The notes: generated by a model from the sequence alone, not told the origin. DNA of 64,000 nucleotides from an uncultured Verrucomicrobiae bacterium (GCA_963834385.1 CAWIBO010000003.1:392983-456982); one strand, 5' to 3'; counted from the stretch's first letter, positions 40,406-49,126 are shown. Program-made: numbers and translations.

Positions 40406-41523
40406 AAACAACCCCTCAGCCAGAAATGAAAACCACACCTCTTGCGCTCACACACGGTGTCGTTACCACCCGATGGCCAGATCAGTATTCGAATGATCCA
40501 TTCGCGATCGGAGCCACGCAAGGTTGGCATTCGATGTCCCGATCGGGGCGATGGAATGCCGCAAAAATGATGCATGATTTGCACGCAGCTTTAATTCACT
40601 CCCGCGCCGCTGATCGCACAGGAGTCTCAAAAACCGGGAAGGTCTATTGGGGAACGCTAATCTTCGCCCCCGACAAAAGCCGTTATGTGGCTTTGCATCA
40701 TTACGGGGATGAGATCTGGTTCCTTCGCGTTTGGGCGAATTCCGCCGTTGTCGCGGCCAGCGAATTCAACCGCTTGAGAAAGAGGTATCTCTTGGCCGAT
40801 CGTGACGACGGCTCTGGAGAATTCTTCATTTTAACCCATGGAATGGCTGGACCAGATAAGCGTCGTATCAAGGTGCCGGAGCGGAAACTGAATGAAGCAG
40901 AATTACATCTGCACTATGGCGACGACTTTGTTGTTTGGCATACGCAATTGATGGAGCTAATCCGTACCCAAAAGACCGGTGTCACTATTCTGCAAGGACC
41001 GCCCGGGACCGGTAAAACGAGCTACCTTCGCCATCTGCTGTTCGCAACGCAGAAAACGCATCGCTTTTACTATCTGCCGATCAGCGTTTATCCGATGCTC
41101 GTAGCACCGACATCAGTGGACTTCTGGATTGGCGAGAATGAGACAACCGAGTGCCTAACTAAAGTGGTCGTAATCGAAGACGCCGAAGCGCTCCTCATGC
41201 AGCGGGACAACGGCAACCAGGAATCGGTTTCTAATTTACTCAACATTGCAGACGGATTCCTCGGCGACTTTCTGAAACTGCACGTGATCTGTACCATCAA
41301 CGCGCCGGTTGAGAAGCTGGACCCGGCGGTAACACGACCGGGGCGTCTGATTGCCTCACGCCAATTTCGTCGCCTAACAACTAGCGAGGCAATGCGCTTG
41401 GCAAACGCAAAAAATCTCAGGCTCGAGCCGCGCGAGGACTATTCCCTAGCCGAGATTTATAACGGTTCTGCCGCCCGGCTTGACGAATCTAATGATCGAA
41501 CTCTAGGATTCTCCCCTCATTAA
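40402..41523 (+). CDS. AAA+ ATPase (classic/BCS1-like clade) with an unknown N-terminal domain of about 200 aa
   Basis: The ATG at 40402 overlaps the upstream stop (ATGA). Walker A is GPPGTGKTS, Walker B VVVIEDAEAL, followed by LLNIADGF, sensor-1 CTIN and the Arg finger PAVTRPGRL. Confidence 0.8.
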   Translation: MKTTPQPEMKTTPLALTHGVVTTRWPDQYSNDPFAIGATQGWHSMSRSGRWNAAKMMHDLHAALIHSRAADRTGVSKTGKVYWGTLIFAPDKSRYVALHHYGDEIWFLRVWANSAVVAASEFNRLRKRYLLADRDDGSGEFFILTHGMAGPDKRRIKVPERKLNEAELHLHYGDDFVVWHTQLMELIRTQKTGVTILQGPPGTGKTSYLRHLLFATQKTHRFYYLPISVYPMLVAPTSVDFWIGENETTECLTKVVVIEDAEALLMQRDNGNQESVSNLLNIADGFLGDFLKLHVICTINAPVEKLDPAVTRPGRLIASRQFRRLTTSEAMRLANAKNLRLEPREDYSLAEIYNGSAARLDESNDRTLGFSPH

Positions 41524-41541
41524 CCAGATGACTTCAATTCT

Positions 41542-41727
41542 ATGAAACAAGACAATCAGCATCCACCACGCAAAGGTGAGACCTCGGCCAAATCTGCCTC
41601 GGTCAAAAACGACAAACTAGCTGCCAACGTTCAAGCGAGCCTAGAGCAGTTAAAAAAAGACGTAAAAGCGGGCGATCGCAAAGCCGCTGAGTTTCAAAAG
41701 TTGCTAAATGCCTTTCGGAAACATTGA
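41542..41727 (+). CDS. Small basic helical protein (61 aa)
   Basis: The ORF starts 18 nt after the AAA+ stop. It is Lys-rich and looks helical (ASLEQLKKDVKAGDRKAAEFQKLLNAFRKH). Confidence 0.4.
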   Translation: MKQDNQHPPRKGETSAKSASVKNDKLAANVQASLEQLKKDVKAGDRKAAEFQKLLNAFRKH

Positions 41728-41784
41728 AGTCGCGACGATGGATCAAGCATCTGCGAGCACACCCTTGTCTTGGCAGATTCCTAA

Positions 41785-42104
41785 ATGACTGATCTGGAAT
41801 ATCAACTACGCGTCAGCGAATTAGACGTTCGTGATAAAGAAGCGCGATTGAAAGAAGCGCGCACCCGGTTCGATACCACTGCAGCTAAAGGTCGATCTGA
41901 GGTGCAGCTAAAGGTCGATCTGAGGTCGAAAAAGCCAAAGCAGATCTCAGCAAGATTGAAGCGGAAACTATCGCGGCTTACGAAAAGGCCAAGCAGGACT
42001 TGGAGCGCGCACAGATAGATTTGGATCGCGAGAAGTGCGGTCTTGAATATGCACGCGCGAACCTCGCCCGGGGATCGGATCATAAATCTCCGACTCAAGA
42101 GTAA
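41785..42104 (+). pseudogene. Coiled-coil protein gene disrupted by a 23-bp tandem duplication
   Basis: As written, the ORF stops at 42018 after a frame change. Removing one 23-nt copy gives a clean 98-aa heptad-like ORF (…AAKGRSEVEKAKADLSKIEAETIAAYEKAKQDLERAQIDLDREK…TQE*) ending at 42104. Confidence 0.55.
41881..41926 (+). repeat. Perfect 23-bp tandem duplication (2 copies)
   Basis: gcagctaaaggtcgatctgaggt occurs at 41881-41903 and is repeated exactly at 41904-41926. Confidence 0.9.
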
Positions 42105-42468
42105 TGATGAATTTTGATTTGCCGCATGGCTATTCGTCTACGCCTTGACCCGTTGCCAGCCTGCGACGTGCGCCGGAACAAAATGCGGCGTTTGAATCCA
42201 CCGGGAATTGGCATCTTTTGGCGCCGACGGCGGGCGCTGGCGGATCTGTGGTGTCGCGGGACGCGGTCATTTTCGCTCGGTTTTCGACAGGCAGATGTTC
42301 CTGCTGGTCTCGAGTGATCATTTTAACCGGAAGAAGTTCGTCCGACCCTCATCAATTTACGGAATCACTACGACAACATCTGGATGATTGGTTCTAAGAT
42401 GTGCTCGAGAATACCGAGGATTAACTGTTTAGGCCTAACCAGCCTGAGTTTTCGTATTACAGAAATCC

Positions 42469-42542
42469 CGGAGCCTACGGGGCTCGAACCCGCAACCTCT
42501 GCCGTGACAGGGCAGCGCTCTAACCAATTGAGCTAAGGCTCC
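42469..42542 (-). tRNA. tRNA-Asp (anticodon GUC), CCA not encoded
   Basis: I folded it by hand. Acceptor stem is GGAGCCT/AGGCTCC, D arm GCTC-AATTGGTTA-GAGC, anticodon arm CTGCC-CTGTCAC-GGCAG, T arm GCGGG-TTCGAGC-CCCGT, discriminator G. Confidence 0.9.
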
Positions 42543-42671
42543 TCGAAGAGGGGGACAGATTAGTCGGGGCCGCGGGCGGTTCAAACGGTTTTTCGGCGGC
42601 GCTGACTCGCCCGCGATTCTTTTCCCGCACGCTTTCGTCACCGAGGAGCCCGGCGCAGGGCAAAACCCCGC

Positions 42672-43175
42672 TTACCGGTTCTTCCAGATGACGAGGCTGC
42701 CGGCCAGTTTGTCGTGCCAGCCTTGTTTCCGGCCGTCCCATGCCACCCAGAGCAGCCCGAGAAAAAGCGGAATGATGGAGACGAAATAGCCGAGGTAGCG
42801 AATCACGCCCTGGAGCAGATCGAGTTTTTCGCCCGTTTTCGCGTCGACCACGTGCAGCCCAAGGATCAGTTTCCCCGGGGTGCCTTTGCAGGTGATCCAG
42901 AGAAGGATGATCAGAATGGCCGGGAGAACGTAGGAGATGAGGAAGTCCGCCGGGCCCTTGATCAGTTCCGCCGAAGTAAAATACTCGCCGCCATAAATGG
43001 CGAACAAGAGCGGCAGGGTCAGGATGACGACAACGATCGTGTCAATGATGCTGGCCACGACCCGGATCCAGAACCCGGCCGGCCGGGGAACAACCGGAAC
43101 CTGAAGGGGAATGGCCGGGGGAATGGTGCCGGGCGCGGCGGCAGCCGGTGGCAGGGGAGGCGGTGTCTGGTCCAT
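42672..43175 (-). CDS. RDD-family membrane protein
   Basis: 167 aa. A Pro-rich N-terminus is followed by AGFWIRVVASIIDTIVV...GWHDKLAGSLVI, the RDD pattern. Confidence 0.8.
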   Translation of the reverse strand: MDQTPPPLPPAAAAPGTIPPAIPLQVPVVPRPAGFWIRVVASIIDTIVVVILTLPLLFAIYGGEYFTSAELIKGPADFLISYVLPAILIILLWITCKGTPGKLILGLHVVDAKTGEKLDLLQGVIRYLGYFVSIIPLFLGLLWVAWDGRKQGWHDKLAGSLVIWKNR

Positions 43176-43186
43176 GGGGGCAGGCT

Positions 43187-44950
43187 CTAGTTGAGAAGCT
43201 CGGGATCGGGCATCTGCACGACGCTGGCGCCGGCGGATGAATCAAGCTGTGAAAGCGCCTTCAAGGCCGGGCGCAACGGCGCGATGGCCTGGATGAGCGA
43301 CCGGACAAGGACCTGCTCCGAGTTCTCCTTCTTTTTGCCGGCGAGGGCCTCGATCAGCGACGGCGGTTTTGGGTACCGCACGAGCTTCACGTTCTCTTCC
43401 GGTTTGATCCCGGAAAGTTCCTTGGCCAGTTCGACTGCGCGCTCGAATCCGCCCAGCTCGTCCACCAGCCCGAGTTTCTTCGCGTCTTCGCCACTCCAGA
43501 CGCGGCCCTTGGCAATCTCGAGGACCCGTTCCTTCGGCAGGTTGCGGCCGGCCGCGACCTTGTCGGTGAACTCCTGGTAAATGCGGTCGAGCCACGAGTT
43601 GAACTTGGCCCACTGCTCGGGGGTGTAATCGTGCAGCCCGGAATACATGAGGGCGTTCTTGCCGGTCTGGACGCTGTCGAAGGTGAGCCCGAGCTTGTTG
43701 TTGAAGAAATCGCGGGTGAGCAGCTTGAAGGCGAGCACACCGATCGAGCCGGTGATGGTGGCGGGCTGCGCGATGACGCGGTCGGCCGCGAGCGCGACGA
43801 TGTAACCGCCCGAGGCCGCGACGTTGCCCATGCTCACGACCACTTTTTTGCCCTTGTCGCGCGCGCGCTTCAGCTCGCGCAGGACGGCATCGGAGGCGAC
43901 ATACGAGCCGCCGGGACAATCGATGCGGAAGAGGATCGTCTTGATCTTGTCGTCGTCCGCCGCGGCCCGGATCCCGGCACAAACGGTGTCCGAGCCCATG
44001 ACGGTTTCGCCGGTAAATGGGTTGCTCTGGCTTTCGCCGCGCTGGACGCCACCGACGCCGTAAACGATCGCGATCGGTTCGCCCTCCTTGAAGGGATGAT
44101 CGCGCTTGTCGAGGTACGCCTTGAGATAGAGCAGGCGCGCATCTTTCACTTCGTTCCGGGCCTGCTCGTAGACTTCGTCGCGGTAAGCCAGTTGGTCGAC
44201 CAGCCCGAGCTCGACCGCGTTGGTCCCGAGGTAGGGGCCGTTATTGATCAATTCCTCGACTTTTTCCGGGGGCATTTTGCGGCCCGCGGCGATCCCGGCC
44301 ACGATCTGGCGGTGGATCGACTGGAGGAGAACGGTGACCGCTTCGCGGAAAGCCGGCGTCATCTGTTTTTCGGTGAAGACGTCGAAGGCGTTCTTGTATT
44401 CGTAGCGTTGCCCGCCGCGCGGGACGATCTCCAGCTTGTCGAGGAGGCCGCGGAAGAACATCGGCTCCGTCGCGGTGCCGGTCAGCCCGACATCGCCCGA
44501 GGGCTGGAGATAGATTTTGTCGAAAGCGGTGGCGAGATAATAGCTCCCGGTGCCGCCGGAGAATTCGCCGAAGGTCTCGGCAAAGGCGTAGGCTTTTTTG
44601 CCGCTCTGGCGAAAAGCGAGGATGGCGTTGCGCAGGTCCTGCCGCTGGGCCAGGCCCATCTCGCCGGTGCCGAGGCGCACGACCAGGAGTTTGACCCGGT
44701 CATCGCCGGTGGCCGAGCGGAGCCCGGCGAGCAAATCCTGGATGGTGGTGCGCTGCTCGAAACCGAGCTCGGCCAGCGGGGAGGGGTCGGAATCCTCGAC
44801 CACGGCTTTTTCGAGGTCGAGTTCGAGAATGATCGCCTTGCCGCTGCGGTCGGCGAGACCGCGGCCGACGAAAAGGAGGAAAGCGCCGCCGAAGACAACC
44901 AAAAGGAGGAGAACGGCAATGACGTTACGGAGAGTTTTTCGCTTTTTCAT
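43187..44950 (-). CDS. sppA: Signal peptide peptidase SppA, 67K type
   Basis: The ATG at 44950 gives MKKRKTLRNVIAVLLLLVVFGG. There are two ClpP/crotonase-like halves, and GNVAASGGYIVALAADRV contains the catalytic Ser region. Confidence 0.85.
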   Translation of the reverse strand: MKKRKTLRNVIAVLLLLVVFGGAFLLFVGRGLADRSGKAIILELDLEKAVVEDSDPSPLAELGFEQRTTIQDLLAGLRSATGDDRVKLLVVRLGTGEMGLAQRQDLRNAILAFRQSGKKAYAFAETFGEFSGGTGSYYLATAFDKIYLQPSGDVGLTGTATEPMFFRGLLDKLEIVPRGGQRYEYKNAFDVFTEKQMTPAFREAVTVLLQSIHRQIVAGIAAGRKMPPEKVEELINNGPYLGTNAVELGLVDQLAYRDEVYEQARNEVKDARLLYLKAYLDKRDHPFKEGEPIAIVYGVGGVQRGESQSNPFTGETVMGSDTVCAGIRAAADDDKIKTILFRIDCPGGSYVASDAVLRELKRARDKGKKVVVSMGNVAASGGYIVALAADRVIAQPATITGSIGVLAFKLLTRDFFNNKLGLTFDSVQTGKNALMYSGLHDYTPEQWAKFNSWLDRIYQEFTDKVAAGRNLPKERVLEIAKGRVWSGEDAKKLGLVDELGGFERAVELAKELSGIKPEENVKLVRYPKPPSLIEALAGKKKENSEQVLVRSLIQAIAPLRPALKALSQLDSSAGASVVQMPDPELLN

Positions 44951-45096
44951 GGGGGAGCACCTTCTATATCCATTTGTCGGCTGGATTCGACCGATAATTT
45001 TGGAGGGACACCGCCGGACCGGGCCTCGGCGATTGCGGTGGCCGACCGGCGCAGGTATATTCACGGCATCGTGCGCGCGACGGGAAGGGAACGCAG

Positions 45097-46773
45097 GTGA
45101 GTCAGGAACACGACGAGGGAATTTCCCCGGCCGGACGGCCGAAGACCGTGCTGGAGGCGGTTGACCGTCTCCTGGTTTCGCTGCCGGAAAACGACCCGGT
45201 GCGGACCGAGCTGGCGGCGCTGCGCGAGGAGGTGGCCGGCCAGGAGGAGATCATCGGCGAAGCGCGGCAGGTGATCGAAAAGCTGGAGCAGGTGATCAAG
45301 AAAGTGACCTCGCCGGCCAACCGGATCGGGACGTTCCTCGGCGCGGTCGGCCGCGACACCGCGCACATTGTCGTCGGCGGCTCCGATTATTTTTGCAACA
45401 TCGATCCGCGCCTGCCGCGGCGGAGCCTGCGCAAGGGGACGCGCGTCCTCGTCAACGAAGCCTACGTCATTGTCGGTGATCTCGGCTACGAGACGGCCGG
45501 TCCGGTGGCGCGGGTGACCGAGGTGCTTGGCTCCGAGCGTCTGCGGGTGGGCTCGGAGCAGGGGCTGCAATCGGTGGTGCTGGAGCGGTCCGACCGGCTG
45601 GAGGGTGTGGCGGTAAAAGTGGCCGACGAGGTGCGAGTCGATCCCGGTTTCCGGATGGCGCTCGAGGTCATGGCGCAGGGCAAAGCGCAGCAGCATTTCC
45701 TGGATGCGGTGCCGGAGTTGCCCTGGGAAAAGGTGGGCGGGCAGGAGGCGGCTTTGCAGGCGATTCGCGACGCCATCGAGTTGCCGCTTTTGCACCCGGA
45801 ACTCTTCGAGAAGTTCGATCATGCCACGCCCAAGGGTTTTCTCCTGCACGGCCCGCCGGGTTGCGGCAAGACCCTGATCGGCAAAGCCACGGCCTATAAC
45901 CTGACGCGGCAGCTCCGGGAAAAGACGGGCGCCGACATGACGGAATATTTCATGCACGTGAAAGGCCCGGAAGTGCTCAACATGTGGGTGGGGGAATCCG
46001 AGCGCATGGTCCGCGAGATCTTTGCCACCGCGCGCGAGAAAAGCCGGGAGGGATTCCTGCCTTTCCTCTTCATTGACGAAGCCGAGAGCATTCTGGGAAC
46101 CCGGCGCGCCTCGCGTTTCTCCAACATTCTTTCCACGCTTGTGCCGATGTTCTGCGCCGAGATGGACGGGATCGATTCGCTGCATGAGGTGGTGATCATC
46201 CTGGCCTCGAATCGGGCTGACCTGATCGACCCGGCCATCCTGCGCCCGGGCCGGATCGACCGAAAGATTCGGGTGCGTCGGCCGGACAAGGCAGGGGCGC
46301 GCGCGATTTATCGGATCTATCTGACGGATCGGCTGCCCTACGAAGGAGTGCTGGCGAAAGAAGGGAAGGGGATCGGGCCGGCCCTCGATCGGCTGGTGGA
46401 GCGCTTTGTGGACTGGCAGTTTGCGCGGCGGGACGAGAACCGGTTTTTGGAGGTCACGCTGCGGAGCGGACGCAAGGAAGCGCTTTATCGGAGCGATCTG
46501 TTGAGCGGCGCGCTCATTGCCTCCGTGGTGGAACGGGCCAAGGCCTACGCGATCAAGCGGGCCATCGCGACGGGGAACGAGGAGGGCATCAGCGAGGCCG
46601 ATTTGCAGGCTTCGTTTCGAGCCGAGTTCGTCGAGAACGATATTTTTCCGCCGACTGATATCACGGAGGACTGGCTGAAGCTGATCGACTACGAGCCCGA
46701 GAACGTGGTCAAGGTCGCGCCGGTCCGGCCGGCGGGTGCGCGTCGGCGGGAACAGCCTTCCGCCGTGATCTAA
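45097..46773 (+). CDS. mpa: Mpa/ARC-type proteasome-associated AAA+ ring ATPase
   Basis: GTG start with GGGAAGGGA upstream. An N-terminal coiled coil is followed by tandem OB-like segments (IGTFLGAVGRDTAHIVVGG...VLVNEAYVIV; ARVTEVLGSERLRV...), then GFLLHGPPGCGKTLIGKA, FIDEAE and RPGRIDRKI. Confidence 0.85.
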   Translation: MSQEHDEGISPAGRPKTVLEAVDRLLVSLPENDPVRTELAALREEVAGQEEIIGEARQVIEKLEQVIKKVTSPANRIGTFLGAVGRDTAHIVVGGSDYFCNIDPRLPRRSLRKGTRVLVNEAYVIVGDLGYETAGPVARVTEVLGSERLRVGSEQGLQSVVLERSDRLEGVAVKVADEVRVDPGFRMALEVMAQGKAQQHFLDAVPELPWEKVGGQEAALQAIRDAIELPLLHPELFEKFDHATPKGFLLHGPPGCGKTLIGKATAYNLTRQLREKTGADMTEYFMHVKGPEVLNMWVGESERMVREIFATAREKSREGFLPFLFIDEAESILGTRRASRFSNILSTLVPMFCAEMDGIDSLHEVVIILASNRADLIDPAILRPGRIDRKIRVRRPDKAGARAIYRIYLTDRLPYEGVLAKEGKGIGPALDRLVERFVDWQFARRDENRFLEVTLRSGRKEALYRSDLLSGALIASVVERAKAYAIKRAIATGNEEGISEADLQASFRAEFVENDIFPPTDITEDWLKLIDYEPENVVKVAPVRPAGARRREQPSAVI

Positions 46774-47555
46774 CGCCAGCGACGCCACCAGCGGCGGCGG
46801 GGCGGGGGAGCCGGCGGCCGGAGCGGCCGGGGTTTGATGACTTCGACCGAGGCGGCGAGAGCATCGTTGAATTCGCGGCGAATTTGTTCCTCCCGCCGGG
46901 CGTAGTGAACGCCCCAGCCGCGGGAGAAATCGGCGTCGGAATGGCGCGGCAGCATCTCGCGGGTGCGAGCAAGAAGATAATCGACCCCGAGCTGTTTGTA
47001 GTGGAGAAGGGCGACATCGCGTTTTCCCGGGACGGTATTGCCGGTGGGCGCGCACAGATGCCGGCCGGGCGTGTAGTTCATGGCGTCGATCTGGTTTGGA
47101 TCGAAGATGCAGATTTTATCGAGGTAAAACTGGCGCGACCCGCGTACCAGCGCCCGGCAAAGATCGGTCCTGGGCGGTGGAAACGTTTCGCTGATCATGT
47201 CGTAGCCGTTTGTCTGCACCAGGGTGATGCCGTTTTCCTTTGCGAGGGCGAGATAACCACGGAGATCGCGGTGATAAAGGAACTCATCGATGTCGACCAT
47301 GATGGTCCAGTCGCACTGTCCGCGGCTCTCCTGCATGATCGGCTTCTCGAGAGAGAGCTGGGCGTCGATGAAGGATTCGGCCCTCGGCAGCTCGCGCAAT
47401 TCGACTTTGGGCGAGGCGGCCAGCAGCTCGCATGAACGGTCCGTGGAACCGTCATCGTAGATCACCATCCGGTCGGCGATCGGTTCGTAATGCGCCAGGA
47501 AAAACGGGATGAGTTGTTCCTCGTTCCAGCAGGGGGCATGAAGATCGATTCGCAC
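46770..47555 (-). CDS. GT-A fold glycosyltransferase (family 2-like)
   Basis: 261 aa. CWNEEQLIPFFLAHYEPIADRMVIYDDGSTDRS...IMVDIDEF carries the DxD region. The C-terminal tail is Arg/Trp-rich. Confidence 0.65.
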   Translation of the reverse strand: MRIDLHAPCWNEEQLIPFFLAHYEPIADRMVIYDDGSTDRSCELLAASPKVELRELPRAESFIDAQLSLEKPIMQESRGQCDWTIMVDIDEFLYHRDLRGYLALAKENGITLVQTNGYDMISETFPPPRTDLCRALVRGSRQFYLDKICIFDPNQIDAMNYTPGRHLCAPTGNTVPGKRDVALLHYKQLGVDYLLARTREMLPRHSDADFSRGWGVHYARREEQIRREFNDALAASVEVIKPRPLRPPAPPPRRRWWRRWR

Positions 47556-47649
47556 CGCGCCGAGTGTGGGGGCGTTTTTTCGTGCGCGCCACGCTTTTTC
47601 GGGCGGCGACGGTCGACGAGGCCGGGGGATGCCCTAAGCTTTATCCGGG

Positions 47650-49126
47650 ATGAAAAGCGTTTTCGGGCTGGAGACGGAGTATGGGATCACGGTGGCGGGC
47701 GCCGAGTCGGAAATCGACGTGGTGGCGGAGTCGATCGCGCTGGTCCGGAGCTACACTGAGCACGGAGCGCACATGAAGTGGGATTACGAACTGGAGGATC
47801 CGCACCAGGACGCCCGCGGGTTCCGCGCGCGGGAGCTGCTCCAGGACACGGACGAATCGGCCTACTACGAAGTGGACCGGCGGCGCGCGCTCACTTTCGA
47901 GGAGATCAAGAGCGACCTCGTGCTCTCCAACGGCGCCCGTTTTTACAACGATCATGCGCACCCGGAATATTCCACGCCGGAATGCAGCTCGCTGCGCGAG
48001 TTGGTGGCCCAGGACAAGGCGGGCGAACGCATCCTGGCCGAATGCGCGCGGCGGCGGCAAATCCATCTGCCCGGAAGGCCGCGCGCTCCGCCTCTACAAG
48101 AACAACACGGACTTCGTCGGGCACAGCTACGGCTGCCACGACAACTACCTGGTGGCCCGCGCGGTTCCCTGGAACGATCTCGTGGCGGGCATTCTTCCGT
48201 TTCTCGTCACCCGCCAGATCTTCGCCGGCGCGGGAAAAATGGGCGTGGAATCGGAGAGCGCGGCCGGCCAGCCTGGTCTTTACCAGATCGCGCAGCGTTC
48301 GGATTTCTTCAGCGTCCTCGTGAGCATCGATACCATGAACCGGCGGCCGCTGGTGAACACGCGGGACGAGCCGCATGCCGACCCGGCGAAATACCGGCGG
48401 TTCCACGTGATCATTGGCGACGCCAACATGAGCGAGTGGGCCACGGCGATGAAAGTGGGGACCACCGCGCTCATTTTGGAGCTGATCGAGCGGGGAGAAG
48501 TCCCGGCGGTGGAGCTGGCCCAGCCGATCGAGGCCACACGGTCGATCAGCCGCGACCAGGATCATCAATGGATCGTGGAGCTGGCGGACGGCCGGAAAAT
48601 TTCGGCGGTTGATCTGCAGCGGCTTTACCTGGCCGCGGCGCAGCGTCTGCCGGCGGAATCGATGGCGGAGCAGGGATGGATTCTCCAGGAATGGGAGAGC
48701 GTCCTGAACGATTTGGACGATGACCCGACGAAAACCCGGGACCGGGTGGACTGGGCGGCGAAAAAAGAACTGCTCTCCGCCCTGCGCGAGGAGGAGAGAC
48801 TGGAGTGGAGCGACCCGTGGCTGCAGGCGATCGACCTGGAGTATCACAACATTGACCCGGAGAGCGGGCTGGCGAGTGAACTGACCAGGCAGGGGTCGCT
48901 CCGGCGGCTCGTGACGGAGGAGGAAATCAAGGCGGCCATCTTCAATCCGCCCGAGACCACGCGCGCCTTCTTTCGTGGACGGGCCGTGGCGCAGTTCAAT
49001 TCGCGGATCGAATCGATCCAGTGGGACGAGATCGTGTTTGCCGCAAAAGGTGGAAGCCGGCGCATAGCCCTCCCAGAGCCTGGCGCGAGCTACCGCGAGA
49101 TGCTGGAGGAGATCAGGACCAGCTGA
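47650..49126 (+). pseudogene. dop: Pup-ligase-family enzyme, Dop-like (depupylase/deamidase); one frameshift at about 48070
   Basis: The sequence shows [24 protein letters not shown] (an insertion I associate with Dop), [19 protein letters not shown], then after a frame switch [47 protein letters not shown] and PPETTRAFFRG. Confidence 0.8.

Larger units (their letters stand above)
34100..42468. other. AT-richer genomic island abutting the 3' end of tRNA-Asp, with no integrase
   Basis: There is a visible compositional drop. Hand counts gave about 50-53% GC on lines at 37801 and 40861, versus about 67% at 45121. All its genes are uncharacterised, and it ends at tRNA-Asp (42469). Confidence 0.7.

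Noticed and set aside
41730-41787. 16-codon mini-ORF (MDQASASTPLSWQIPK) overlapping the start of the coiled-coil gene.
   Set aside because: It is too short and has no support. It is probably a chance ORF in an intergenic spacer.
42105-42468. 365-bp non-coding stretch between the coiled-coil gene and tRNA-Asp, where an integrase gene or att site would be expected.
   Set aside because: No ORF with recombinase motifs appears in any frame, and I recognised no repeat. It is left unannotated.
45061-47055. 664-aa minus-strand ORF covering the Mpa gene.
   Set aside because: It is antisense to a protein with unmistakable AAA+/OB motifs. Its own translation is low-complexity Arg/Pro/Leu text with no motifs.
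46773-47650. Search for a Pup/UBact-like small ORF between mpa and dop and after dop (49126 onward).
   Set aside because: The gap is fully occupied by a convincing opposite-strand glycosyltransferase. Plus-strand ORFs there (46884..47435, 47490..47759) are shadow-like and lack a GGQ/GGE or RxGQ C-terminus. Downstream of dop is covered by convergent glgP.
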